A DNA stretch of 39,074 nt from a virus. Its lineage: Duplodnaviria > Caudoviricetes. Below the pieces are notes generated by a model. That model worked only from the letters and a program-made list of their open reading frames with translations, ran no database searches and was not told the origin of the DNA. The stretch spans positions 1 through 39,074 of IMG/VR virus record IMGVR_UViG_3300028586_000742. One strand, given 5' to 3'. This document shows, piece by piece, positions 27,522 through 36,585 of the stretch (the first letter of the stretch is position 1; each line of letters starts with the position of its first letter). The translations under genes were made by a program, and so were the position numbers.

Positions 27522-28577
27522 TTACAAGCCTCGTAAGGCTTTCATTTCGCGATCTACAGAAGTTTCGTAGGCATCAACTACCGGAGCGGCAGCACCTACA
27601 GCGTCGATCTTGTTCGTTACTGGCTTTTTAGGATCTTCAGCAGGTTTAGATAATGCCGTTACCAGCTTAGCTTCAAGGTCAGTTAGTTTTTCAGCTAAGG
27701 CTTCTTTCTCGGTGGTAAGATTGCTTACCTGACCTTCAAGGCCTTCAACCTTACCGGCTGCTTCCATGGTGTCCTTAAAATCTAAGTCAGAAACCAGAGT
27801 AGCACCGGTGATGCCTTCAGCTTTTAGTTCGTCATTAACTGCTTTGAAGTTTTCAGCAGTTCTATCCGCTACTGCGATTTTACCCAGAGCAGAGATGGTT
27901 TTAAATTTGGATGATAGAATAGACATATTATCGTTGTTTGTGATTTTACTAGGTGAGTAGAAAGCGGCTACACGGTCCATCTTCATGTCCGTTACGTTTT
28001 CTGGTAATTCTTCGGCAGGGTACTCTTCAATTGCCACCAAGCCTGCCTCAGCCGCTTCTTTGGCAGTAAGCCAGTGATCTTTACCGTCCATCCACTTGGC
28101 AACCGTTTCTTCCACAGTTAAGCCAGCGGCATCTGAAATAATTCCAGCTAATACCTCATCGAACTTGCCAAGCATTTCGGAAGTCTCAGCCATTTTAGCT
28201 TTGTTTCCCCAGGCAATCGTCGAAGCGGAGTGGATCATAGTCATTGATCCATTTGCTGCATGCCTTCTGCCTTCTTTGGCGCTGCACAATATTGCCGAAG
28301 CCATACTTGCAGCCATACCATCGTTCCAAGTGTGAATGTTTTTCTTTGATGCGATGATCGCATTGCAAATGGCTAAACCTTCACCGGTATCGCCACCAGG
28401 TGAATTGATACGGACGTTAATGGTCTGTACATCGCTTAATTGGGCAAGTTGTTCGAGGAAGTTTCGGGCAGTAATCGGAGAATGATCATCGTATATGTTC
28501 CCGATAATGCCGTAAATAAAGATATCAGCCGATTGATCAGCTGCATTCATTACGACTTTTAAGTGAGGTTTGCTCAT
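27522..28577 (-). CDS. ClpP-like (S14) head maturation protease with C-terminal scaffold-like coiled coil
   Basis: INSPGG, GMAASMAS, MIHS, DHWLTAKEA motifs. Confidence 0.9.
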   Translation of the reverse strand: MSKPHLKVVMNAADQSADIFIYGIIGNIYDDHSPITARNFLEQLAQLSDVQTINVRINSPGGDTGEGLAICNAIIASKKNIHTWNDGMAASMASAILCSAKEGRRHAANGSMTMIHSASTIAWGNKAKMAETSEMLGKFDEVLAGIISDAAGLTVEETVAKWMDGKDHWLTAKEAAEAGLVAIEEYPAEELPENVTDMKMDRVAAFYSPSKITNNDNMSILSSKFKTISALGKIAVADRTAENFKAVNDELKAEGITGATLVSDLDFKDTMEAAGKVEGLEGQVSNLTTEKEALAEKLTDLEAKLVTALSKPAEDPKKPVTNKIDAVGAAAPVVDAYETSVDREMKALRGL

Positions 28578-28609
28578 GTGAGAATTTTGAGTTCTTAATT
28601 ACAAGAACC

Positions 28610-28647
28610 CAAAATTCAACATTGAAGGCAACGTCCGAAAGGACAGG
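28610..28647 (-). promoter_or_regulatory. Putative late promoter copy 5
   Basis: - strand CCTGTCCTTT-N20-GAATTTTG, 32 nt before the protease ATG. Confidence 0.7.
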
Positions 28648-29082
28648 CTAAGCAGCTGTAGCCAGGGAAGTTTGATCTACAGTGAAATTGAATGCAGATC
28701 CGTTTTCATTGCTATACTTCTTACCGGTACCAGCATCTACGTTCAAGGTAACCGGAGCGTCTGGCGTACCGATGATGTACACGCGATCGTTCATGTCGGT
28801 GATGCGCATAATGGCGATGGCTTTTCCGCAGAAGGGTAGGAGTACTTCATCTACCTCATCGCGCATGTTGTGTACAAAGAAAGAACCGAAGTATGTATAT
28901 ATCGGTCCATTGGCTGAATCTTCAGATTTCAGCTTAAGCTCACCGGCTTCCTCCTTGATTGAAATCCGTATCCATTCTGTGCCGATCGGTAGATAAAGCG
29001 GTCTGAAGGCAATTGGTAGAGAATGCAGAAGAATATCGACATACTTGATGCTGCCGATATTATCGTTTTCGTAATAATTCAT
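28648..29082 (-). CDS. Hypothetical phage protein (beta-rich, possibly tail-tube fold)
   Basis: DNIGSI N-terminus and YIIGTPDAP echo the pattern of 25247..25804. Confidence 0.55.
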   Translation of the reverse strand: MNYYENDNIGSIKYVDILLHSLPIAFRPLYLPIGTEWIRISIKEEAGELKLKSEDSANGPIYTYFGSFFVHNMRDEVDEVLLPFCGKAIAIMRITDMNDRVYIIGTPDAPVTLNVDAGTGKKYSNENGSAFNFTVDQTSLATAA

Positions 29083-29092
29083 GTATTTGGGA

Positions 29093-29602
29093 TTAGTAAA
29101 CTAATTCGAGTTGAGCGGTGCGATTTACTTCAACCTTGGCGCGATCTTCCAGGCGAATGCGTTCACGGTAATACCAACGCTTCAGGTTATCGAACGGAAG
29201 TTCATCTTCGGATATATTGTACTGATCACGAAAGCTCATGATCAAATAGTCAACCTGATGTTCAGTTGCGTTTGGGTGCTTACACCATCGGTACATTTCT
29301 TCGCGGAACATGTCGTCAACGCAATCGTTGAACTCCCTTATTTTAGGATGACTCAGGTAAAGACCTTTTTTGATTTGAATTTCATCACCAATAAACACTT
29401 TGTAAGGGACAAACTTTTTGTCATCTATCAGTTTTTGGTTTGGTCTGATCGTAGCTGGATCTCCTTTTTTATGCTGTTCAAGCATGTGCTTTAATAAACG
29501 CGACGGCATGCCTCTTTCACTCAGAGTCATTTCCTTTCCGTACTGTACCATAAGGTACTTTTTAATGTGTGGCCATACTGGCAATAGAATTCTAGCGCTC
29601 AT
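29093..29602 (-). CDS. Hypothetical basic protein; candidate late-gene regulator
   Basis: RHH-like start (ILLPVWPHIKKYL) and helical end (FRDQYNISEDELPFDNLKRWYYRER); precedes the structural module. Confidence 0.5.
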   Translation of the reverse strand: MSARILLPVWPHIKKYLMVQYGKEMTLSERGMPSRLLKHMLEQHKKGDPATIRPNQKLIDDKKFVPYKVFIGDEIQIKKGLYLSHPKIREFNDCVDDMFREEMYRWCKHPNATEHQVDYLIMSFRDQYNISEDELPFDNLKRWYYRERIRLEDRAKVEVNRTAQLELVY

Positions 29603-29663
29603 TGTGCAGATGATTAGCGCAGTTCATTTTAAGAAAGGTTATGTATTGAGGCTGATGTAAAAA

Positions 29664-29701
29664 TAGTAAAATTATTAGTATAAATACTCACAGGATTAGT
29701 A
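29664..29701. promoter_or_regulatory. Two TACTAA-N5-TTAGTA-like operator boxes
   Basis: TAGTAA-aatta-TTAGTA (29664-29680) and TACTCA-cagga-TTAGTA (29685-29701). Confidence 0.55.
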
Positions 29702-29800
29702 AAATGTATAGGGGTAAATTACATTACCGTATTTACCGTAACTCATTTGTTTTCAGGCATAAAATTCGTAAGACTGTTGGAGGTAAATAAAGCTTTACGC

Positions 29801-30127
29801 CTACTTATCTCTGACCGGATTGTAACGAAACTCAAAGGCAGTAAGCATCCTTTTAACGAAAGCGTCACATTCGGCCTGTGCTCTCTTTAAATCTTCAAAT
29901 TTCCGCTCTATAGCGTGATGTGGATACAACAGGGTAAAGTTGATATGTTTTTCTAAGCCAAGACCTCCAAATACCACCCGTTCATTACACTCCATAAATT
30001 CTCTGGGAGTGTACCAACATTTCCTTTCTTGTGAATAGATGATGCAACCGGCATCAAATGCCTTCATGGCTACGTTAATCTTATCCTTGTACGCTTGGCT
30101 GTTCTTGTCCTGTAAATCGTCTTGCAT
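29801..30127 (-). CDS. Hypothetical protein
   Basis: ATG 30127 (MQDDLQ...) lies just downstream of a TATTTTTG box; WYTPREF motif. Confidence 0.6.
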   Translation of the reverse strand: MQDDLQDKNSQAYKDKINVAMKAFDAGCIIYSQERKCWYTPREFMECNERVVFGGLGLEKHINFTLLYPHHAIERKFEDLKRAQAECDAFVKRMLTAFEFRYNPVRDK

Positions 30128-30145
30128 GATGGTAGGTTGATGCCT

Positions 30146-30168
30146 CAAAAATACTAATATTTTTAGTA
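30146..30168 (-). promoter_or_regulatory. TAnnTTTG -7 box overlapped by a perfect TACTAA-N5-TTAGTA palindrome
   Basis: - strand TATTTTTG at 30146-30153; TACTAA-tattt-TTAGTA at 30152-30168. Confidence 0.6.
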
Positions 30169-30268
30169 ATTTAATATTGTTTAAACCTTGGAGCGCAATA
30201 AATGATTCGTTAAATTGAAGTGTGTTGGGCAATATCCTGGCATAGTCTGGGATCAAAGCTATTCTGTT

Positions 30269-30550
30269 ATGGAGATTAAAGACAGGCAATCATTTATGAT
30301 CGTTTTCGAAGATCGTTATAAGCGCTTTATTGAAGATATTGAATATGAATATAGTCAAGATCTTGATGTCCACCGGTACTGGCTCCGGCTAAAGAATGGA
30401 TTTACAAAGCCAGACTTTACCACAAGTGGAATTTATCCGTTCATAAACGAGATGCAACGGGTCTTCGATGATGAACTGACTATCTGGGTGCGGGCATATG
30501 ATGAGCCCAGAGAAACCTCTTGGTCGATTGATGTTAATGGACTTTATTAA
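30269..30550 (+). CDS. Hypothetical protein (accessory)
   Basis: Acidic/aromatic 93-aa ORF from ATG 30269, divergent from 30127. Confidence 0.5.
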   Translation: MEIKDRQSFMIVFEDRYKRFIEDIEYEYSQDLDVHRYWLRLKNGFTKPDFTTSGIYPFINEMQRVFDDELTIWVRAYDEPRETSWSIDVNGLY

Positions 30551-30871
30551 ACCTGTTAGTTCTTCCGGTGGTCTATCGACTGTGTAATACTTAGTGTAAT
30601 TCTTACACATTAATTTACGTTTATTTAATAGTTGTTGACTGATATTACCAAAATAGTACTTTTGTGATGAGAGCGTTAATTTAAGATGGGGCGACCGGTA
30701 TGGTTGCCCTTTTCTTTTTACCAGCTTTCTCATCTTGTCACATCGACTTTCACGATCGCTTCTGCACTCCCGAGCAATAATGTATAAACGCTTCTCGATC
30801 AATGAATGAACAAGCTGATATATGCATCTGAGCACTTAGTTTTATGGCTTCCAAGTATAAACTAGAACAGA

Positions 30872-31189
30872 ATGCAACAAGTAATTTTCCAAAATACTGA
30901 CTTCGGGTACAGTATGTCTGAGGTACTATCAGATCAATCAATGGAAGTCGAACTGGCCATCATAGCAAAGCAAGAAGCTCAAGTAATCTGCATCATCGAT
31001 GTTGAGACAAACTGCTTAACCTATATCGACGAGTTCATCGATATTCATCTGCAACTTATGAAAGCAAGTTACCCAAGGACCATTTTTGGCAGGATACTGA
31101 ATAAGTCTTCATTCAAAAATAAACCACCCTATTCATTTATACTTTCGCTAGAGGCTTGCAAGTTTGGATCTGTTGCAAATTCCTTCTAG
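30872..31189 (+). CDS. Hypothetical protein (accessory)
   Basis: 105-aa ATG ORF, AT-rich. Confidence 0.45.
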   Translation: MQQVIFQNTDFGYSMSEVLSDQSMEVELAIIAKQEAQVICIIDVETNCLTYIDEFIDIHLQLMKASYPRTIFGRILNKSSFKNKPPYSFILSLEACKFGSVANSF

Positions 31190-31345
31190 AGCTCGCCTTC
31201 TCTTCCAATCTAATATCTGCTCATTTAGGTCCGAAACTTTGACAGCAGGATACATGCTTCCAGCAAAGGACACCCTTCCAAAGACAACATCAAAATACTT
31301 CCTGAAAATCTCGCCAAACTTGCGGAGGTAAAAACCCACTAAATT

Positions 31346-31567
31346 TTATTAACTTTTTAACCGCTTGATAATGAGCGGTTTTTTCTTAACCAGGGCTATT
31401 TTATTTATTAACCGGGGTTCCCTTTTTTTATTAACCGGAATAACGGTTAATAACTTTTCTTAACTCTCTTTATTGGTTAATAAAAAGAGGTTAATTTATT
31501 AACCGTATAAGCTTCTCTCAATCAGTCTGTTAATATCAGAAAATAGCCCTGGTTAAGAAGTTAAAAA
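31346..31567. repeat. Iteron-like cluster with 20-bp inverted repeat; candidate replication origin
   Basis: About 12 TTHTTAACY units in both orientations; TTCTTAACCAGGGCTATTTT at 31383-31402 with perfect reverse complement at 31540-31559. Confidence 0.65.
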
Positions 31568-31777
31568 AAAAATCCGACTAGCTATTTATAAAGGTTGCAA
31601 GGAAAACCGGCCAGAAGCGCAGGGGTTTAAAACAGTTGCGCCGGCAAAACACCAACTCGGCAATGTGTCATGTCCGTGCACCGCTTAATGAGTTACTTGA
31701 TGGTGTGCTATTCGTCCGTTCAGAAGAAGTTATGGAGTTCGCCTAATGAGTTATTGCACGTGGACTATGTTAAATGC

Positions 31778-31806
31778 AAAAAGCCCTGGCGAAATGCCAA
31801 GGCTTT
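31778..31806 (-). terminator. Intrinsic terminator ending the early operon
   Basis: - strand AAAGCCTTGGC-attt-cGCCAGGGCTTTTT. Confidence 0.7.
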
Positions 31807-31831
31807 AGAAGTATGCAAGGTTCAAACTATG

Positions 31832-32230
31832 TTACTGGTCCGCTGAGATTTGACGTTCTTTTGCCCAGCCTAGGTTTTGTAATAACTTGATTGATCTACT
31901 CTCGAACGGCACCAGAAAGCCTTTTGAAATCAGATGCTGGTAGCCATCGTCAAAGCTTGGTGCGCTCAGATCCCCGGCGATGCTGTTGGCCCATACTCTG
32001 CAGTTTTTTGGGGTAGTGGTAGCACCGGATGAGAACTCCTTATAGAAGAGTAAGGCTTCTTCATCTGATAGTGTTTCTACGGAGCGTAAGCTGAGGTAGG
32101 AATCATCTCCAATAATGGTCAGCGTTTTTTCAGTTACAGGGTAGAGGAATTCGCTGTCATCTAATACTAGTACTGGTTGGCCGAGATAAGTTCGAAAGTA
32201 GTTAAGTCTATCCTCTGGTAGGTACTTCAT
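31832..32230 (-). CDS. Hypothetical phage protein
   Basis: 132 aa, LSLRSVETLSDEEA motif. Confidence 0.65.
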   Translation of the reverse strand: MKYLPEDRLNYFRTYLGQPVLVLDDSEFLYPVTEKTLTIIGDDSYLSLRSVETLSDEEALLFYKEFSSGATTTPKNCRVWANSIAGDLSAPSFDDGYQHLISKGFLVPFESRSIKLLQNLGWAKERQISADQ

Positions 32231-32403
32231 GTTGGTTGATTAAGAGTTAATGGATACGCGAATTTACTGTCTTCAACTGATAATTGTTCTACCTCGGTGA
32301 GTTCTTTTACCGCGCACTGAATAGAAGGTTCCGATATCAGTACATGAATAGTACCAGTCTGTTATGGCACGATTTGCGGCTTCTTTAATCCTGTACATCA
32401 CGT

Positions 32404-32649
32404 TCATTGATTGTTAAATTGCTTTACTGCTGTTCCCTTTGTCAGCTTACCTCGGTTTGCTGAAGCGATGATCACCTCCGCGATGCTCCCGTGTCTGGAA
32501 GCGAAGTAATCTGACCGGTTTTGAAATTCTACACTGAAGGGAATATCATTGTAGGATACCTTGATGGTTGGCCTGTCCTGCTGCTCATCTGCACTGATCA
32601 GGACAGGCTGGCAACTTTTGTCTCCGTAGGAGATAAGCCAGGTTCTCAT
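32404..32649 (-). CDS. Hypothetical phage protein
   Basis: 81 aa in the early operon. Confidence 0.55.
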   Translation of the reverse strand: MRTWLISYGDKSCQPVLISADEQQDRPTIKVSYNDIPFSVEFQNRSDYFASRHGSIAEVIIASANRGKLTKGTAVKQFNNQ

Positions 32650-32659
32650 ATTTCTGTGT

Positions 32660-32890
32660 TTACTTTGGTTGATGCTTTTTTAAAAATGCTTCCCGATCCT
32701 TGTTGCTCATTTCCACCAGCTCGTTGGTTAGTCTGCGGATCTTGCTTTCACAAAAGCCATATGTTGTGGCCAGATCTTTCATTTTAAGTGACGGATCTTT
32801 AAAGAACTTGATCATGATCTCTGCTTCTAAGCGGCTGTACTCTTTTTCATATACTACTTTGCGCCGCGCTGCTCTTCTTTCCGTATTCAT
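32660..32890 (-). CDS. Small HTH-like DNA-binding protein
   Basis: MKDLATTYGFCESKIRRL; basic. Confidence 0.55.
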   Translation of the reverse strand: MNTERRAARRKVVYEKEYSRLEAEIMIKFFKDPSLKMKDLATTYGFCESKIRRLTNELVEMSNKDREAFLKKHQPK

Positions 32891-33231
32891 ATGTCGGCTA
32901 CTTTTAAGAAGGTTGCACGAAAAGGAGACATGATGCCATCACCAATAAATATTTCGATATCGCCGTTTTCCTTCGGGCGGAAAGAAAGCACGACTGGCAT
33001 GCAACGCTTGTGCTTCAAATTGAGGTTTGACACATGGTACAGCATTGCTTTCTGAAGGCGGCTCATACCATCAATGCTTAACGAGAGCCGGTCGCCTTGG
33101 CTTAAATATTCAAATACTTCCTTTTCAAGGTTGTTTTTGGGTGATAGGATGTGGTCAATGTATAAGAGGTAATTCATAAAAATATTGTTAATGTGGTGGA
33201 AGGGAAATTGTGCTTTGGATGGTGCTTTCAA
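32887..33231 (-). CDS. Hypothetical phage protein (start uncertain)
   Basis: ATGA overlap with the next gene; TTG start, internal ATG (MNYLL) possible. Confidence 0.55.
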   Translation of the reverse strand: MKAPSKAQFPFHHINNIFMNYLLYIDHILSPKNNLEKEVFEYLSQGDRLSLSIDGMSRLQKAMLYHVSNLNLKHKRCMPVVLSFRPKENGDIEIFIGDGIMSPFRATFLKVADI

Positions 33232-33260
33232 GGCTTTGGTAAGGGGTTGACAGGTCTGTA

Positions 33261-33292
33261 GCCTTGCTAACCCCTTGCTAACCCCTTGCTAA
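33261..33292. repeat. 11-bp tandem repeat, 3 copies
   Basis: gCCTTGCTAA CCCCTTGCTAA CCCCTTGCTAA. Confidence 0.8.
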
Positions 33293-33522
33293 GGCCCTGT
33301 TAGCCCCTCGGGAGCCCAGTACTTGGCCGCTCCGGATTGGATCAATGTTGTTAATTTCTCTGCAGGGACTTGCTGAATTGCGTCCAGATGATCATACTTC
33401 AATTCGTAGTTCAGAACTCTGTACGCATCCCGAACGCCAGCACCCCAGATGCCTACTATGCTGAAGGTGAAAATCTTTCCATCCTTAGCTATCGTCCATA
33501 TTGAATGTAAAGCCGGATTCAT
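33289..33522 (-). CDS. Hypothetical phage protein
   Basis: 77 aa directly after the primase. Confidence 0.55.
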   Translation of the reverse strand: MNPALHSIWTIAKDGKIFTFSIVGIWGAGVRDAYRVLNYELKYDHLDAIQQVPAEKLTTLIQSGAAKYWAPEGLTGP

Positions 33523-33527
33523 ATCCG

Positions 33528-36500
33528 TTAGATTGGAAAGTCTACTTCGGTCTGATCAGTTGTGATGATGAAATCATCAGTCGGCATGTACCGCTTCGGC
33601 CCGGAGCTTTCTTGTGTAACGCCTTCGACATTCACATCATCAGGCAATTCATCAACCGTTTGGATGTAGAGAAGCTCTTTGGTTTCCTTCGCCCCTGGTA
33701 GATCGATCCAGGTATTTGTTTTTGGATCATACTGCGTTCGTTGTACCTTATGGATGATCTTCCGGTTTTTGTCCTGGAACTTCTTTGGATTGAGCACGTA
33801 GCCATTCAGCTTACAGAAGGCCTTCAACCGCTCTAAGAAACTTTGAGCAGTCATTTTACCACCATTATTATACAGGTAATCCTTGAAAGCCACATCACGG
33901 ACAATTAGCCTGTTAACTTTGTCGCCTGCCTCCGCGAAGAAGGCGTTGGCCCAGTCGTGGAAGGTCACACCCATTGCGGCAGTTAAATTTCTCTTATTTA
34001 CGTTACCCATGCTTGGGTTGATCCTTTCGGTAGGATCAGTGCCCAGGTAGAACCTCAAACAATGCGCTGCAGCATTGTAGAAATTGTTCCAGTCGTCCTG
34101 ATCAAAGTCTGTAAAAAGGTTCTTTCCCCCAAATTCAGATTTAGGTTCCCTGGTTTCCCTGTAGTCAGTCGTCTCACTCGCAGTGTGATAATAGTCGGAA
34201 AAAACTGAATAGATCAACCTTCGTAGCGTAGATCCTCCAAGGTTGGTAGGCGTGTAATTACTACTAAAAGAAAACTTGCCCGATTTTTCAAAGGGGATGG
34301 TATAAGGCTGTTTCCCTTTTGGGTTAACCTTTGTGTCGTTACTGATTTCAGAGTAAAAAACATCAAGGTTCAGATACTTATGTGCATCATCGATGAATAC
34401 ATAGCGGTGATGCTCAGAAAGACCATCGAATTTATGCGGGTTTTCTGCAAGCTTTGAGTCACGCCCATTTAACATGAAGTTTTTACGAAGTAAGGTGCGC
34501 ATGGCCATGTCGTAAAGGAGGGACTTACCAGATCCACCATGGCTCTGGCCATCGTCATTCAGCTTTGCATCCATCGCGAAGATGAACCAGGGTTTACCAC
34601 GATCCTTATACCGGTGCATCAGATAACCAATAGTGAAGATCTTGTTTACCAGATGGCGCTTTTGTTCTTCCACCTCAGTGTCGGTAAGCAGAGGGCCTGC
34701 AATATTAAACTGGTTGTCTTTAATATACTTTTCACGCTCTTCCGGTTTCATCGGAGCAGAGTCCAGACGGTCTTCAAGTTCTACACGCCAGTGCACTCTA
34801 CTGGTTTGCGTGAGGTATTTCAGAAACGGGCAGTTCTTATTGTTAATGGTGATGTCGTAGGTGCCAATTGCATCTTTAGTGATTGTAAAAGGCTCTTCCT
34901 TCAGGGCCTCATAACGATGTGGGTAAACATCTTCATCCCATACATACCGCTGTATTGTTCCCTGTTTGTGCTCAATAATGCCTGTAGCTTTCACTTCTAA
35001 GGTCTTATTCTGAAAGAACATGAACTGCGTGTCTTTATCGAAGTCGGTAAAATCAATTTCGATCTTATCTAGGTTGATCAAGCTGCTCTCGTTAAGTTGA
35101 GCCGTGCGGTACACTGCGTTTTTAAGATCCTTATCCAGGTACCTGTCACGCATGAACTTCTTAATGAACTGCTTTACATCTTCCGCACTGCTGTATTTCA
35201 CAACATTCCCCTGAATCCGGATGAACTCGGAATCGGTTTCTTTATTCCCCACTGGCAAGCGGTAGAAACCATTTTTCTGCAGAAAGTTGTAGCCTTGCTC
35301 ATTGTCGAAGGTGTAATCGTAGCCTTGAAACTCACCTTGGCGGTTGAAGTTTGGTTTCTTCTCCCAGAAGCGGTAAGGCATGGCCGTTTCTACAAGCTGC
35401 CGAAAAGATTTGCGCTTGAAGTGGTTGAAGTAGTCGCGCACGTCTTTACAAGGATTGCCGCGCTGATCACGATACTGCAGTAATGCATCTGGAAGTTCGA
35501 TATTATACAGGTCCAGGTATTGCATGGCCAGTGCGTGCGCTTGCCTTTTGCCAGTTGCGTCGATATCACCAAGCTGGTAAATACGGTCGCACATTGTGGT
35601 AAGCTCAAAGTACTGGTTTTCCTTCAACTTTGCCGTTTCGCTGTTCAACCAGATTACATGATATCCTTTCTGCACATATCCAGTAGCTGAATCGGTTTTT
35701 TTACCTAATGCTAAGGCTACATTGATAGCATCTGAAAAGCCAGTGCAAAGAATTACTTCTGAGAGCTTGTAGTCTTTCTTTTTCTTACTCTTCTTGGTAT
35801 CATCCTCCCCCTCAGCGTTGTCCTCGCTCAGTTCTTTTTTCTTCTCATATTCTGTCCTAAGTTGCTGCAAGCCGTGGATAAAGTCCGCAGGTTTGCGTCC
35901 TGGCTCATACATGAAACGCATTCCTTTTTCGGGATGTTTAGGCTGGTAAACTTTCTTATGAGTGCCCTCATCTATCAGGAAAATCGGATACTGATCGGTA
36001 GCAGAAAAGGTCATGACCTTACGATTCTTTATAATAGAATAACTAGCCAGGGGATGGGCATGCAGATACTTGAACATCGCCGAAATTGAGGAATAAGCTT
36101 CTTCTTTTTTCGACTTTTCCACGCTGGCCCAGCCGAGACTTTTCAAACTCTCTTTGCCGATGAGCGTTTCAATCTCCATGTCGTTATAACTAGTCCGAAT
36201 ATCAAACAGCCACTTGCCCTCTTCCTCTTCTGGCGCTGCTGGCCGATCGGAATATGTTGCCTTCATCATGGCCTTTTGTTCTGCAATTGAGACAACGTTG
36301 TACCTTGCTGCTAATTCCTGCAGCGCTGTCTGGTAGTCACATTTTTGCTCGTAAGCGTAACAGTTAATTGCATTGCGGCTGTGTTGCTCGGCTCCAAAAT
36401 CAATTACAAGGTAGGTTCCGTCAGCTGCAAGGTTCAGTTTGGCTGATGCTGTTTTCTCGTCACGGGTTTTAAACTTACGGTTTGGCTTGTGCGCAGATTC

Positions 36501-36584
36501 AGCTGCATCAGGGTAGAGGGAAAGGATAATGTCCAGTCCGCCATTAGTAGCAGAGAGGATATCTTCTGGTTTAATAAATGCCAT
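33528..36584 (-). CDS. DNA primase-helicase (Toprim plus C-terminal SF3-like P-loop ATPase)
   Basis: Toprim-like LCTGFSDA, GDIDATG, KDVRDY; Walker A GGSGKS, Walker B VFIDD, sensor FSSNY. Confidence 0.85.
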   Translation of the reverse strand: MAFIKPEDILSATNGGLDIILSLYPDAAESAHKPNRKFKTRDEKTASAKLNLAADGTYLVIDFGAEQHSRNAINCYAYEQKCDYQTALQELAARYNVVSIAEQKAMMKATYSDRPAAPEEEEGKWLFDIRTSYNDMEIETLIGKESLKSLGWASVEKSKKEEAYSSISAMFKYLHAHPLASYSIIKNRKVMTFSATDQYPIFLIDEGTHKKVYQPKHPEKGMRFMYEPGRKPADFIHGLQQLRTEYEKKKELSEDNAEGEDDTKKSKKKKDYKLSEVILCTGFSDAINVALALGKKTDSATGYVQKGYHVIWLNSETAKLKENQYFELTTMCDRIYQLGDIDATGKRQAHALAMQYLDLYNIELPDALLQYRDQRGNPCKDVRDYFNHFKRKSFRQLVETAMPYRFWEKKPNFNRQGEFQGYDYTFDNEQGYNFLQKNGFYRLPVGNKETDSEFIRIQGNVVKYSSAEDVKQFIKKFMRDRYLDKDLKNAVYRTAQLNESSLINLDKIEIDFTDFDKDTQFMFFQNKTLEVKATGIIEHKQGTIQRYVWDEDVYPHRYEALKEEPFTITKDAIGTYDITINNKNCPFLKYLTQTSRVHWRVELEDRLDSAPMKPEEREKYIKDNQFNIAGPLLTDTEVEEQKRHLVNKIFTIGYLMHRYKDRGKPWFIFAMDAKLNDDGQSHGGSGKSLLYDMAMRTLLRKNFMLNGRDSKLAENPHKFDGLSEHHRYVFIDDAHKYLNLDVFYSEISNDTKVNPKGKQPYTIPFEKSGKFSFSSNYTPTNLGGSTLRRLIYSVFSDYYHTASETTDYRETREPKSEFGGKNLFTDFDQDDWNNFYNAAAHCLRFYLGTDPTERINPSMGNVNKRNLTAAMGVTFHDWANAFFAEAGDKVNRLIVRDVAFKDYLYNNGGKMTAQSFLERLKAFCKLNGYVLNPKKFQDKNRKIIHKVQRTQYDPKTNTWIDLPGAKETKELLYIQTVDELPDDVNVEGVTQESSGPKRYMPTDDFIITTDQTEVDFPI

Positions 36585-36585
36585 A

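Noticed and set aside
30128-30289. N-terminal extension of ORF 29801..30289
   Set aside because: Covers the -7 box and operator and overlaps the divergent gene; ATG 30127 preferred
31265-31272. AAAGGACA resembling the late promoter core
   Set aside because: Lacks the flanking GG, has no matching octamer at 20 nt, and no structural gene follows
30389-31339. - strand ORFs 30389..30835, 30750..30941 and 31148..31339
   Set aside because: Overlap more plausible + strand ORFs and lack protein-like features
31346-31567. CRISPR array
   Set aside because: Repeats are ~9 bp, irregularly spaced and in both orientations; no cas genes
31686-31753. TAATGAGTTA direct repeat, two copies
   Set aside because: Only 10 bp twice in AT-rich DNA; could be chance
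35727-35753. Toprim first motif lacks the usual Glu (LCTGFSDA)
   Set aside because: May be a normal variant of this primase family; DxD is intact; cannot be judged without an alignment
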